Below are positions 28,621-40,968 of a stretch of 64,000 nt of DNA, one piece after another. The translations under genes were made by a program, and so were the position numbers. How positions within the stretch are numbered: the stretch's first letter is position 1; each line of letters begins with the position of its first letter. This DNA comes from Octopus sinensis (lineage: Eukaryota), in the NCBI RefSeq assembly GCF_006345805.1, contig NC_043000.1, forward strand, positions 48,608,001 through 48,672,000. The letters run 5' to 3'. The notes under the pieces are model-generated. The model did no database searches, was not told the origin of the DNA, and saw only the letters and a program-made list of their open reading frames with translations.

Positions 28621-29277
28621 TATGTTTGCGTATATAAGAATGTATATATATATGTATATATATGTGCGTGTGTATATATATTCTTATATACGTGTACAAA
28701 TATATATATATATATATACTCAGTCATACAATAGGCACTCAGTCATACAATAGTGTAATAAATAAAATATATGCATACATACAAACATGTATGTACGTAC
28801 CTACATCTACATGTATATATACATCCATATATAAATATATATACGTGTGTACAGGACACCACAAATAGACGTAGAACTCAACGAGAAACGAAAACGTAAA
28901 AACAGCATGGAACGGACCATTTTTTTAACAACGAAAAAACAGAGTACAAGACAACTACACAAGGAAACATCCCCTTCATCAGCTGTCCCTAGTTCAACTC
29001 CAGCGTGTTTCGAAGGTGATATATATATATATTATATATATATATATATATATTATATATATCTGTTTGTCTGTCTTTCTGTCCGCCTGTGTGTCTATCT
29101 AACTATGTATCTATACACATGTGTGTGTATAGATGCAAATATATTATACTACTAGAGAATGCAGAATAGGAAAGATGTGCGTATGTGTTGATCAATCTAT
29201 TAATTTATGCATCTTTCTGTCTATTTAGCAATGTATTTATCTCTCTATATGAATGTGTACGTACACCCACACATATT

Positions 29278-29450
29278 AACCTGCCGGACGTGATAGTGAA
29301 GATGCCGACGACCGCTCGGTTCAAAGTCTCCCTTGACCACAAGCGGCCTGAACTTTTTACATGAACACCACCCTGTACATAACTCCATGTCCCCCTACAT
29401 GGCCTTGAATTTTGCTTTTTGAGTCAAAAAATTAACTAACTAACTAACTA
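29278..29450 (+). mobile_element. 3' tip of a CR1/L2-type LINE
   Basis: NLPDVIVKMPTTARFKVSLDHKRPELFT* (29278-29364) resembles the WNxLP..V...FK..LD C-terminal motif, followed by an (ACTA)n tail. Confidence 0.55.
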
Positions 29451-29499
29451 TACTTCGAGAGAGAGTGAGAGCGGAATGGGAACAAGGTGTGTATGTGTT

Positions 29500-29530
29500 T
29501 ATCTATCTATCCATCCAACTATCCATCCAA

Positions 29531-29591
<61 letters not shown>

Positions 29592-29660
29592 CATCTATCC
29601 ATCCATCCATCTATCTATCCATCCATCCAACCATCCATCCATCCATCCATCTATCTTTCT
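29500..29660. repeat. (CTAT)n/(CCAT)n tetranucleotide microsatellite
   Basis: Directly visible. Confidence 0.95.
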
Positions 29661-30256
29661 TTCTTTCTCTCTACTTTTTCCTCTGATTATCTATCTACCT
29701 ACTCATGTATGTATGTATGTATGTATCTATCTATCTATCTATCTATATTTATGTCTGTTTATTTATGTATTAATCTATATGCATTCTTGTGTTTATACAC
29801 ACATATATATTATAGTATGCGATAGAAGGCAGAAAGGGAAAGACGCGTTTGTGTTCATGTAAGTATATGCGTCAATGCGGAATTCGGAATTTGAATTGTA
29901 CTTAACATTCTGCTGGAATTATGAATTGCACTTCATGGAAATATATACTACAGAATTATGTATATATTATTTCCGCTTATGCTTAAAGTATTGTTGGCTA
30001 TTATATGTGTATTTAAATATACATGTAAGTGTATGGCGAAGTATGTGGTTCTGAAATTGATGTTTATTTCTATAAACAGATATACTGCTGTCTGTATCAT
30101 TTTTCCGCTGTCGTTTGATGAATTTTATTGGTGAATTTCTATTGATTATGATTATGTTTTAAATAATAACATATTTCATGTCATAAAATGTGTTTTCTCA
30201 GCGAGTTGATAATGCAAATGTTTAAAGTTGAATACATATGTGTGTGCGTGTATATG

Positions 30257-30316
<60 letters not shown>

Positions 30317-30745
30317 TCGAATTGCATCGAATTTATGAATTTGAACTTTTTTAATATATGTTCTCTCCTGAAATTGTTCAGTTGAAAATACAGTATTGCC
30401 TTCGTAAATACAAATCAACATAATATTGATATAAAATTCAATGTAAGCGTATTTTTGAAATGTATATAGAAAAGGAATTCATTGCCTCTCAGAGAGAATT
30501 AATATATGAAGCTGTTAACATAGATGTTGCAACTCGCTGATTCTTTAGTAAGTGTGCTGATCTGCAAAGGTAAATAACGATGTTTCGTTGAATGTGTTCG
30601 GCTGTAGCTAGAAAGTGTTAATGATAGGGTTCGTCATTTTAAACTTCATAATTACATGTCGACGTCTTCTCCGTCTTCTTCGTTAGTGTTTACAGAGCAC
30701 AGTTTATTTATTGAATGTAAATTATCAAATGAATGTTACTTGCAG

Positions 30746-30827
30746 ACCAATGGTCTCAGTTTGGTGGATTTTCTCTGGAAAAAAATGCCCTCCAGAATAA
30801 CCCCGTCTGGTTTAATTCCTTATGAAA
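30746..30827 (+). CDS. Candidate internal exon (TNGLSLVDFLWKKMPSRITPSGLIPYE), product unknown
   Basis: ttgcag| acceptor, A|gtaatt donor, open frame, 82 nt (phase 0 to phase 1). The pyrimidine tract is weak and no homolog is recognised. Confidence 0.2.
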
Positions 30828-30851
30828 GTAATTGCAACTTGGGTATATTTA

Positions 30852-31366
30852 TCTCTCTATATATAAACGGCAGTTTGTCTGTCTGTGTGTCTGTCAGGTT
30901 GTACCCTCACCCTGACCACGGCTTTCAACCGATTCTGGTGAAACCTGACACACTCATAGACCAATGTCATTATTCAAAACTGACGCAGCGAAAAGTTTGA
31001 AAAGTTCCCCCAGTTCTGAAATAAATCGATAAATTCGACATGGGGTCGAGAATCTAAGCTTTTTATTTGCAACACATTTTCCGTTGTAGTTTTCGCAACT
31101 TGCAATCGATTTTCATCAAACTCATGGTGAAGCTTAATGTTACCCTAAGAAACTTAATTCTGACGTTAGTTTTCCATGCAATACTTTACCATCAGAAAAA
31201 ATCGATAAAATCATGCCATTTTAGGAAATCGCGTTCAAATTCAAGATGACATATTTTCGACAATATCTTTCTCAAATTGGCTGGAATTCTTTTTAAATTC
31301 ACAGCGAGCATCATGTCTGCTCCAGGGGCTCTTACATACCCGGGCAATGCCGGGCTATGCTGCTAG
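30852..31366 (+). mobile_element. Non-autonomous Helitron with canonical ends
   Basis: A|TCTCTCTATATATAAACGGC 5' end, 3' hairpin CCCGG-gcaatg-CCGGG (31339-31354), then CTAG|T 8 nt downstream; no TSD. Confidence 0.9.
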
Positions 31367-31777
31367 TATTACATAAGGCTAAACATTGTGCGAATATGGT
31401 ACGAATAGATTGTCCCTATATACGTGTATCTATAGCAGGTGACACAGTTTATAAGCTGAAACAAGTGACGTGAAAGCGGGAACATTTGTTCATGTTGTGG
31501 TCCTACTTGGCCGTTAAAGTTTATGACTCGTAACTAATACTCTAGTCAACTATTAAAAGGCAGCTGTCAAGTGACAGCGTAAAAGCTCTTACGTTGGTTT
31601 TGTTGACTGCCTTTCAAACGTATGTTAATATAGATTAATACTGGATTCGTAAACTATTTTGTAAAATCTGTGAATGTATTGACACGGTTATTTCGATTAG
31701 TTTAGAATATGAGACGTTTACTGAATTTTGTGATTATAAAAGATAATTAAAATATTTTTCTTTTCTTTTTCTTCCAG

Positions 31778-31839
31778 GTAAGATATCATTTCTGTTAATC
31801 CCAGTATTACAAACTGAAAAAAGTGATGAGTTCAACAAG
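31778..31839 (+). CDS. Candidate 62-nt exon or recursive-splice exon
   Basis: Strong tract tttttcttttctttttcttccag|, downstream donor AAG|gtaaag. One frame is open ((S)KISFLLIPVLQTEKSDEFNK) and phase-compatible with 30746-30827. Confidence 0.3.
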
Positions 31840-32101
31840 GTAAAGTGTATGAAATAACCTTCTATATGTATTGTTTGCTATTTAATATATTAGAAATATA
31901 TTTCTTAGGTAATCAGTAAATATTAGTTATGTGAAATGCTATTTAGTACAGTTATGCTTCTAATTATTTACACCTGATCTTAAACATTACAAATTACCAA
32001 GCAAATAACATACACACACACACAAATGTCAGAGGAACAAGAAATTATGACACAAACTCCATTAGTTTGCAATTGGTTCGACTACAAGATGCTATGCCTA
32101 A

Positions 32102-32161
<60 letters not shown>

Positions 32162-32164
32162 TTT

Positions 32165-32360
32165 ATAGTCTAATTTTGTCAAGGCTTTTTAGTTGAACAA
32201 ATAGTCCCCAGTACTTTTTAAAGCCTGGTACTAATTGGTACTTATTCTGTCGGGTAATTTTTGCTGAAACCACAAAGTTACAGTGACGCAAACGAACAAG
32301 CATCAGTTGTCAAATGGTGATGTCGACAAATACAGGAACAAAGACACACACATATATATG
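32165..32360 (-). mobile_element. SINE family B 3' fragment, diverged
   Basis: tacttattct.tcgg...ttttgc.gaa.c.c.aagt.ac.g.gacg.aaac...agcatc.gttgtcaa aligns with 57585-57665. Confidence 0.65.
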
Positions 32361-32646
32361 TTGGGTATTATGATACTAATAACCTGGCGTAAGCTAATGA
32401 AGTTCATAAGATAATCGTTTATTCATTTGTCATCTCATTTACTTATATATACACATGGATATATGTTTATATATATATACATACACAAACACAGACATAT
32501 ACAAATATGCGCGCGCACACACACACACACATATAGCACACAAAATGTTAGTGGTGAAAGCAATTATTTATTGTTTAAAACATTTGTAACCAAAACGACT
32601 CAAAAATAATAATTAGTAATAAGAATAAGAATAATTAGTAATAATG

Positions 32647-32687
<41 letters not shown>

Positions 32688-35600
32688 TAGTAATAATAAT
32701 AATAATAATATTTTGAAGTTTAGACTTTTTTGCAGACAACATGCAGATGCAAGTGCTACTAGTTGAAAGCTCCTCAAATCGGATGCTAGCAAGTTTAATG
32801 GGTCATCAGGAGAGAATGTGCGCCGTTTCGGGGCCTTCCTCATGACTGTATCATTGTACACCGCTCCCGCTCTGCTCACTGAAATGAGGCCCCACTTACT
32901 AGATCAAATGTTTTAAAGTGTTTGCTCAATATTCTTCTTTCCGTTGCTCAGCGTCCATTTTTAACCAAATCCAGTGGTTTGCTTTCTCGATTGCAGTCTG
33001 GATATTACGCATTATGGTATTTGATTTACGATGAGTTGGGCCTAGCGACAACAACAATCGTCTCATACTGTGTCCAACGAATCCTCTACACACACTCACT
33101 CACACACACACACAAACACACACAAGCACACACACGCACATACATACATATGTGCGTGAATGCCTATCTTTGCGTGCGTGGCTGTACATAGAAATTCAGG
33201 TGGTAATGACACTACACGCCATCTACAAAATCTATCGAGAGACTATCTAACGAATCTATAAATCATTTTAGCCTACTAAATATTATAATTTCATATTTTC
33301 AGTCGATGAAATGCAACACATATTTGGCACTAACCCCTTTTATACGCATACCCATTTCACATATGCTTTTATGCTGATTTCAGTCATATATTTCATTGGC
33401 TAATGTCAAAGAATAAGAGATGACTTATTAGTGAATTGAACCGACTAGGTGGTTTCGCATTTAGGACTTTTATGTAACTTAGATAATATGAAAGATCGGA
33501 CAGCTCAAAGCATCAGTTTGATCTTACTTGATTGAATTAAATATGTATCTTTGCTAGACGTATAACTTCTTTAATTTTAAAGTATCATTTCAACGTAATA
33601 TAATTGTCACATATTAGTCGTGAAGTCAACAATATATATACAACATCTATGTCATACAAGTGAATTAATAATATAGTGATTTGAGGGAAAATAGTAAAGC
33701 TGTAATTTAGTTTTCCCCCATCAGCACATTACATGAAACTGAATATTTTGAAAATTATTTTAGTTTTATATTTATATAAATACATTACATTTGTAAATAA
33801 TAACAATTATATGTTTAATTTCAATAAAGTTTCGTATTTTTGAGATTATGTATTATCGCAACAACTAAAAGCTTTTGGATTATTAATGTTATACTTAATG
33901 CATTTGTCTGCTCCACTATACTCCAGTCGTCTTCGTTTCTGATTATGTTTGCAGTGTAACAGACAAATGCACGAATGCTGAGATTAGTTAACCGAAATAT
34001 TTAAGCTGTCATGCAATATTCTATTGTTTGCATGCAAATTATCAATGAGATCCTGGAGCAATTTCAAACGAGTATTAAAATATTTATGATTGAAGAACAA
34101 ACATAGGATGTGTTGCAAACTAGATAATTACTGTTTTGCTTTATGAAACGTAGTTTAAAGTCATGCCAGTGAAACTTGGTAAAATAAGGATTTAATTTCA
34201 GCTGAAAATAATCAGGAACTATGTTGAAAAGTTTTCATTCAAGCTTAGTAAAACTAATTTAGTACAGTACAACTGAATCGATTTTGTATCCAATGTTGTT
34301 TTAGATCCACAAATTATCAAGGTTTGCATTGATTTGGAGATAGTGAATCTAACTCCCGATATGACATATAATGATTATAAATCTCATTAATGAACAAGAC
34401 GCATTTATTTAAATTACCCAATTCATTGTATTTTGCGTGGGAAATAATTCACCAGAAGCACGCGACATTCGTGGTCTCACATCTAAGTAACACAAATTAA
34501 TATTTTATTAATTATAAAAAAAATATATATTTGTTTCTATAATTGTATTTTTAATGTATAAAAAAATGTTAATTGTTTCTACATCTTTGTATCATTCTTA
34601 AGAAAGAGTGCGAAAAACTACTTCAACTGATATAAAATAATGCCTACAGTTTAGTAATAGTTACAGAAATGTTGTTCTACCGCTATTCAATTATATTACT
34701 TGCTACATGATTTAAATCTATCAGGTTGTTGATTTTCTCCTGATAGAAAATTATCACTGACAGCTGCGTTAAATTTAAACTTTCTGATTATGGTTTGCGG
34801 CAAAAGTTTCTTTACATGATATGTTCATACTAATGAATAACGAAGTTAGAGTGGTTGATTTCATTCCGTGATATGGTGGAAGACTGGTTTGCTAAAATTA
34901 TAGATCTCAAGCATGAAGTCTATATATCTCGGTTTCATTTGTGCCAATTTCGTTTTAGGTAAGCAATCGATGTTTAGGTTAAAACAAAAAATATTATGCA
35001 TTAGGCTTATGGTGGACAAGAAGAAATAAAATTGTATGGTATTTTAACTTTCTCAATACTATTAGTGATATAAGTGAAATCAAATGATACAAACGTATGA
35101 TACAGAATCGGGTCGCGAAAATCTGGTTCTCTAAGACGTTAGATTTACACTTCACTGCCCGTTGTATGTGTGAATCCTTCTTGATATTGTATGGATATGG
35201 CAGTGTGCCGGCAAATCAAATGTCACAATCTAAGATCGTATTCATTGATTTAGATTCGAAAGTACTTAAATTTGTGAATGAGAAAACTTTAGCAGAATAT
35301 CTACTTTGCATGCTTTCTAGCACAAACTATTCTAAATCCAAATTTACTGGAATTATGCAGTCCTTGGAAATAATGTTATTGTATTATAGTGTTTGTAGAA
35401 TACGCTTGTATGTCTCGTGATATTACGAATAATAGCCTTACTATGACTTTTTCTTCAGCCATATTCTAATTTTTTCATGCCATTGTCCTTTCGCTGCAAC
35501 TCTTTGATAGAGCTGATGTTAGTTCGAAAGCATCCCTCTGGTGACCATCCTGTTCTTCTGTATGTCTATAACTGCATTTATCATAACATTTAAGTTTTTA

Positions 35601-36469
35601 AAACAAGAGAGAAATTATAAAATAAATAACTCCATATAATTCATGTTTAATATTTTACAAATATTGTAGAATTGGTGTTTTATGTTTGTTTATATTGGTA
35701 CGTTGAAATTCTTATCTTTATTTGATCATCTTTATTTAAAAATAAAATCTATGATGTCGAACACAACGCTACCGTAAAATATCCTTTAATGTTGATATAA
35801 ATTATTTAAAATTGAGTATAGACTACGTAGAAGGGCTATGGTAGGCATGAATTACTGGGAAATAAATGAATATAATAGAGTTTAACATTAATATGTAAAT
35901 CAATAAAACTGACATTTAATATTTCCACATTAGCAAATTTGAAAGAGCAAAAAATATAACTTCTCATCTAGTTAATGAATGCTGTCAATTGCCCTGAGAG
36001 CATAAATCATGTTTTATTGTTACTAACTACATATCAATTTTCATTCCCACACTGGTTAAGGTTTGTTTAAAAACAACTAGTAAATCTTTAAGCTGTAATT
36101 CTTTCCTCAACACGAAATCGAAAGTGAGAGTGGTACCCATTTTGATCGGTGCAATTGCAACAGTTTCATGGAGAGCCATATTCTGGTATCAAAAGCTGCT
36201 AGTAGCAAACATCATAGGAGGTATTCAGTTGGCAGCAATATTTAAACACCTAGTGGTTTGAGGAAAATGTAGCGCCTCTAAGCTAGGTGTGGGGTAGATC
36301 TGAAATGAGATGTGACATTGATAAATCAGAAGCTAAGTCAATAATAATACTAATAATTCTTCCTATAATATGCACAAGGCCTGAAATTTATGGAGAGGGG
36401 ATAAGTCAATCATCGATCCAAGTAATTCTCTACCCCACAATTTCAGGCCTTGTACTTTTAGTAGAAAGG

Positions 36470-38339
36470 ATTATTATTATTATCATTGCGTTTGGACAGT
36501 TAATAACGCTGGAGATGTATTACGGTATCAGCTGTTCACTACCAGTAAACTAAGGTAACACCTCTTATTTTTCGAGCACCTTTCGAAGTATTCGAGAGGT
36601 TCCAAGCAGTGCTGTTTTCTGCACGTTTACCAACCATATTGCAGCCCCTATTTATTCCACGTATTTCTTGAGATTTTTGCTCATTGTTCCCAGGGCTCCG
36701 ACAATTATTGGTACTACTGCCACCTTTTTCAGCAACCTAAACTGCTTAACTTCCCAAGCTAACTTGTCACATATCTCGACTCTTCTTTCTTCCTTATTGC
36801 ATGCCTTGTTGTCAGCTGGGCATGCTATATCTATGATCCAGCATAGTTTTTATTTCTCAAATTAAGACTGTATCTGGCTTCCTATTCTCTATCTCATGGT
36901 CGCACTGAATCACGAAATCCCATAGGATCTTTGTATTTCTTTTTTCGACGATGCCAGGTTTATGGTCGTACCAATTTTTGTTCTGTCAAGTCTATACTTG
37001 TTGCAAAGTGTCCAATGGACAGACCTGGCTATATTGTCGTGGCGTCTCTTATATTCCTTCTGGGCTAGTGGCATATATTGGCTGGTAATATACCATACGG
37101 TTTCGCCGTTTTGTCCACAGATTCTACACTTATCACTTTTTGTTGTGTTGTCTATTCTGTATTTTATGTAGTTTGTTCTTAGTGTTTGCTCTTGGGTAGC
37201 ACAGATTAGAACCTCCGTTTCCGGTTTTAAATCACTTTTAGTCATCCTCAGCCATCTTTTTTCTCTGTCTGTCTATCTTCAGCATCCCTATGAAATTGAC
37301 CATCCATTCTTTTCTTTACCCACCTATTTTCAGATTCAATCTTTTTTCAAGTTTTTGTATAGTGATCTATCTTAGCAGTCTCTCATCCCACACAAGCCTG
37401 ACCTTCTTACTTCTAATAATAGCGGTTCTGTGGTATCTTTTACATACCATGTATTCATCTGCCCTAATGCTGTGCTCGCATGCAATAAGTCCTCTTCCCT
37501 TTCTTTTTCTTGGTACATACAGTCTATCTGTGTCACGTTTTGGGTGGAATGACTCATATCTAGTTAGCAACTTCCTTGTCTTTCTTTCTAAGCTGTTTGC
37601 TTCGTCTAATGTCCATGCGATTACCCCTGCTCTATATCTAAGTTATGAAACCGTCCAGGTGTTGATAGCTTCGATCTTATTCCTTCCGTTTAATTTCGAC
37701 TTAAGGATCAGTCTTAGTCTGCGCAAGTACTCCACTTTAAATGTTTCTGTCATTTCTTTCTCCATGAATTTATCCATTTCCAAACTCCCCAAGTACTTAT
37801 AGCCTGTCTTTTCTATCTGCTTCATGACCTCCCCTGACGGTATCGTTAGCCCGTCCATATATCTGATTTTTTAACTCATGTAGTCAGAAGCTTCCTCGTT
37901 TTTCTGTCTAAGCTGTTTACTTTGTCTACTGCCCATGCAATTACCCCTGCTCCATATGAGTGAAACTTCCCAGGTGTTGATAGCTTGAATCGTATTCCGT
38001 CCTTGTAATTTCGGGTTAAATATTAATCTCAGTCTGCGCAAGTACTTATATCCTTAATATCCTCAAGTACCTGTAGCCCGTCTCTTCATCATAACCTCCC
38101 CCGACGGTATCGCTAGCCCGTCCATGCATTTAATTTTGCCTCTCTTCAAGACTAACACACCACACTTTTTCAGCCCGAACTCCATTCTGATATCAGCACT
38201 GAAAGTATACACCGTATCAACGAGGGAACTGATTTGGGGTTCATCTTTACAATAAAGTTTGAGGTCGCCCATGAGTAACAAGAGGTTGACATACCCAGCC
38301 TTTGCTTTCTTCAGAATCAGTGTTAGTGGTATCATTCGG
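36470..38339 (-). mobile_element. 5'-truncated R4/Dong-clade non-LTR retrotransposon (RT C-terminus, CCHC knuckle, RLE)
   Basis: MGDLKLY...MEFGLKKCGVLVLKRGK; YLRRLRLILKSKLNGRNKIEAINTW; DRLYVPRKRKGRGL; LKPETEVLICATQEQTLRTNY...KCRICGQNGETVWYI...KRRHDNIARSVHW; then CWIIDIACP...VVPIIVGALG. (TAA)n lies at both ends, as expected for TAA-targeting Dong-type elements. Confidence 0.92.
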
Positions 38340-38370
<31 letters not shown>

Positions 38371-38394
38371 TGATGAAAACTCGCAACTTATTAT

Positions 38395-38495
38395 GCTGGA
38401 TAAGGTCGGAATTTCAATGCAGAACGCAGCTAAATGACGTAATGCTGCCAAGTATTTCGTCCAGCGTGCTAACGATTCTGCCAGCTCGCTGCCAT
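38395..38495 (-). mobile_element. SINE family A 5' fragment
   Basis: cgtgctaacgattctgccagctcgctgcc is the reverse complement of the family A head. Confidence 0.7.
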
Positions 38496-38789
38496 AATTG
38501 TAATTGAAAGAGCAGCAACAATAATTTTTATGTTTGTGCATTGGTCACAAGTACCTAAACCTACAGTAAACCTACAAAATATGCAAGAGAGATACAAAAC
38601 ATATGGAGGTTTTGTGAAGCCCCACTTATGGCCACAACCCCTAGATTAAACAAGTAAAATATATATGGGGTGAGGTGCGTGTGTGTGATTTGTGGGAGAG
38701 GGTCCGTGTAAATAATTTGGTTGGGTGCAAATTATTGAAACCAGTTGAAAACTTAGTAAAAGAGAAAAAAACGATGCCGCCATAGAGGA

Positions 38790-39900
38790 ATCAGCATCTA
38801 CTCATTCAGAATCAGCCCACGCCTCTGGTGATATTTTATCCCGATTAGTTCCTCCAATTTTGTATAATCTCTTCAACTTTTACCATTGCCAAGAGCTTAT
38901 CATTCTGATGTTCAACATATCCAACCCCAATCTCCTGAATCATCTTTCTTATGAGTCGTTCAGCAAGTCCATGACTTTTGTGTTCCTCATTTGGAGAATG
39001 CAGGGAATGTAGGCCTCTTCATAGAGCAGACTCTTGCTTCCTTTTAGCATGAGTCATACTTTTGTTACTTCTGTCAGAACTTATCGTCCCCGATTATTTC
39101 CCAAATTTCTCCAGATGTCATTTCTGCTTCATAAATTCAATGTGATACGGCGAAACCGCTACTCGCAACCTATGGCCAACTCTTTATGTAGAAGCAAGCA
39201 CTCTATATTTGTTCATCCGAGCAAGTTTGGCTCTGGTATCGGTTACACAGAGGACGAAGTATTTCATTTAGGACTTGTTTGCTTCTACCTGGCTATCCAA
39301 AGAATATTCTGAGACAATATTGTCAATAGCTATAGCATTTGTGATATTCACTGCAGAAAATTATCGTTTCAACTTCTACGATGTACTTTTTCTTTAAGAC
39401 AGTGTAGCCTCAGCTGACCTTTACTACCGCATGTCTAGCAACTGAGCTCTCTACTCTGCACCGCTCGTCTGCTTCACTTTCCCCAGTTGGTACAGTGACA
39501 TAATTTCAAGAAGGTATTGCTTTCTTCGGTGGTCATTATGTCCTGGCTCTTCTTATAGTTCCAAAACGCCACATTCTATTATGGGTCACCTCTGCTATCA
39601 CTACCTGAGTGTATTGTGTCATAAATGTCAGACAAGCCAAAGAGTTGCGTGTTCACTAATGTATCAACTTGCGGCCTTCATGTTTCAGCTGTTCACGAGA
39701 TGCAGGATCCATTATCTATGCAGATAACTTATCGTTTCAAACTCAATGTCACCTAATTTCAAAGGACAGGCTTCTACATTCTATCATAAACATACCACAG
39801 TTTCTTCAATCAAGTCATTCGAAAGCATATGGCAAGTTCCTCGTTTTGAGGAAGCAAAGGAAGGAAGCATTATCTTCTCTGGGATTTCTTATGTCCTAAG
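38790..39900 (-). mobile_element. Possible ancient APE-RT (RTE-like) LINE remnant
   Basis: Relatively GC-rich, broken frames with faint linker-like motifs (DKLLAMVKVEEIIQNWRN). No unambiguous catalytic motif was found. Confidence 0.3.
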
Positions 39901-40731
39901 CACTTAGTAGAGGAGCGAATGGAATGCTTAACCCTCTTTTTATAGACTACTTACTGAATATCACTAAATGCTAGTAGTATTTCCTGATATACTATACGTT
40001 CAAAAGTCACCGTGGTTTATAAAATTACAGATAAGCGTTTGATTCGTTTGCCCCACTTCAAACGTTTATGGCACTTTGGTAAAGAAATCATTCGTGTCAC
40101 TTACTACCATATTTTATAGCATGTGTTTCTAAGGCGTATTCTCCATTGTCTTTTGGAACTCTATACTTGTATTTGTATAATACGTAAATTATGTTTTGCT
40201 GTAGGATTAATTTAATGTTTGTAGTGTGCATCATGTCACTAAATATTGCAGGTCATTTAATATAGTGCACTAACGATATTAAAGAATAATAAAAAGACAA
40301 GACACAAACGATAATGATAAATGGGAAATGCTTTTACACTTATCTGTTTAAACAACAATCTGAAAGTAAAACGTCATCAAAGAATATTGATTTCTAACTT
40401 ATGATATGCGAAAATATATGCGGAAAATCTATGATTATGGCTGAAGCATTAATGGAGCTGAGTATGATCGATTAAAGCAGATAATATTTCTAAATATTGA
40501 TAAATTCCAAGCAAACTGTAGCCAATAAGCGGGCTTTCTCCACACTGTGTCCTTTCTACTACGACTTCAATGACCTCTGATCCTAAAGAATTGACTAGTC
40601 TTGTCCCATCGCTACTCAGATCTACTGTACTGACCTCTCGTCGCTGATAAGTGTCTCCTCCTCCAAATCACGAATTAACAACTTCCTTAGTCTGTAGTCC
40701 TTGCCTCAATGTCAGCTGTCTGGAATTACCT

Positions 40732-40968
40732 ATTTCTTTACTACCCACGAGGGGCTAAACACAGAGAGGACAAACAAGGACAGACAAACGGATTAAGTCG
40801 ATTATATCAACCCCAGTGCGTAACTGGTACTTATTTAATCGTCCCCGAAAGGATGAAAGGCAAAGTCGACCTCGGCGGAATTTGAACTCAGAACGTAGCT
40901 GCAGACGAAATACTGCTAAGCATTTCGCCCGGCTGGCTAACGTTTCTGCCAGCTCACTGCCTTACGTA
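40732..40968 (-). mobile_element. Full-length SINE family A with ~18-bp TSD
   Basis: Complete copy flanked by agctgtctggaattacct (40714-40731) and agctatctggaattacct (40969-40986). The empty site translates AVWNYLPAH, resembling a LINE C-terminal WNxLP motif. Confidence 0.9.

Noticed and set aside
32800-32860. CTGATGA and GAAAC motifs close together on the minus strand
   Set aside because: I could not build a consistent stem I or a UH cleavage site.
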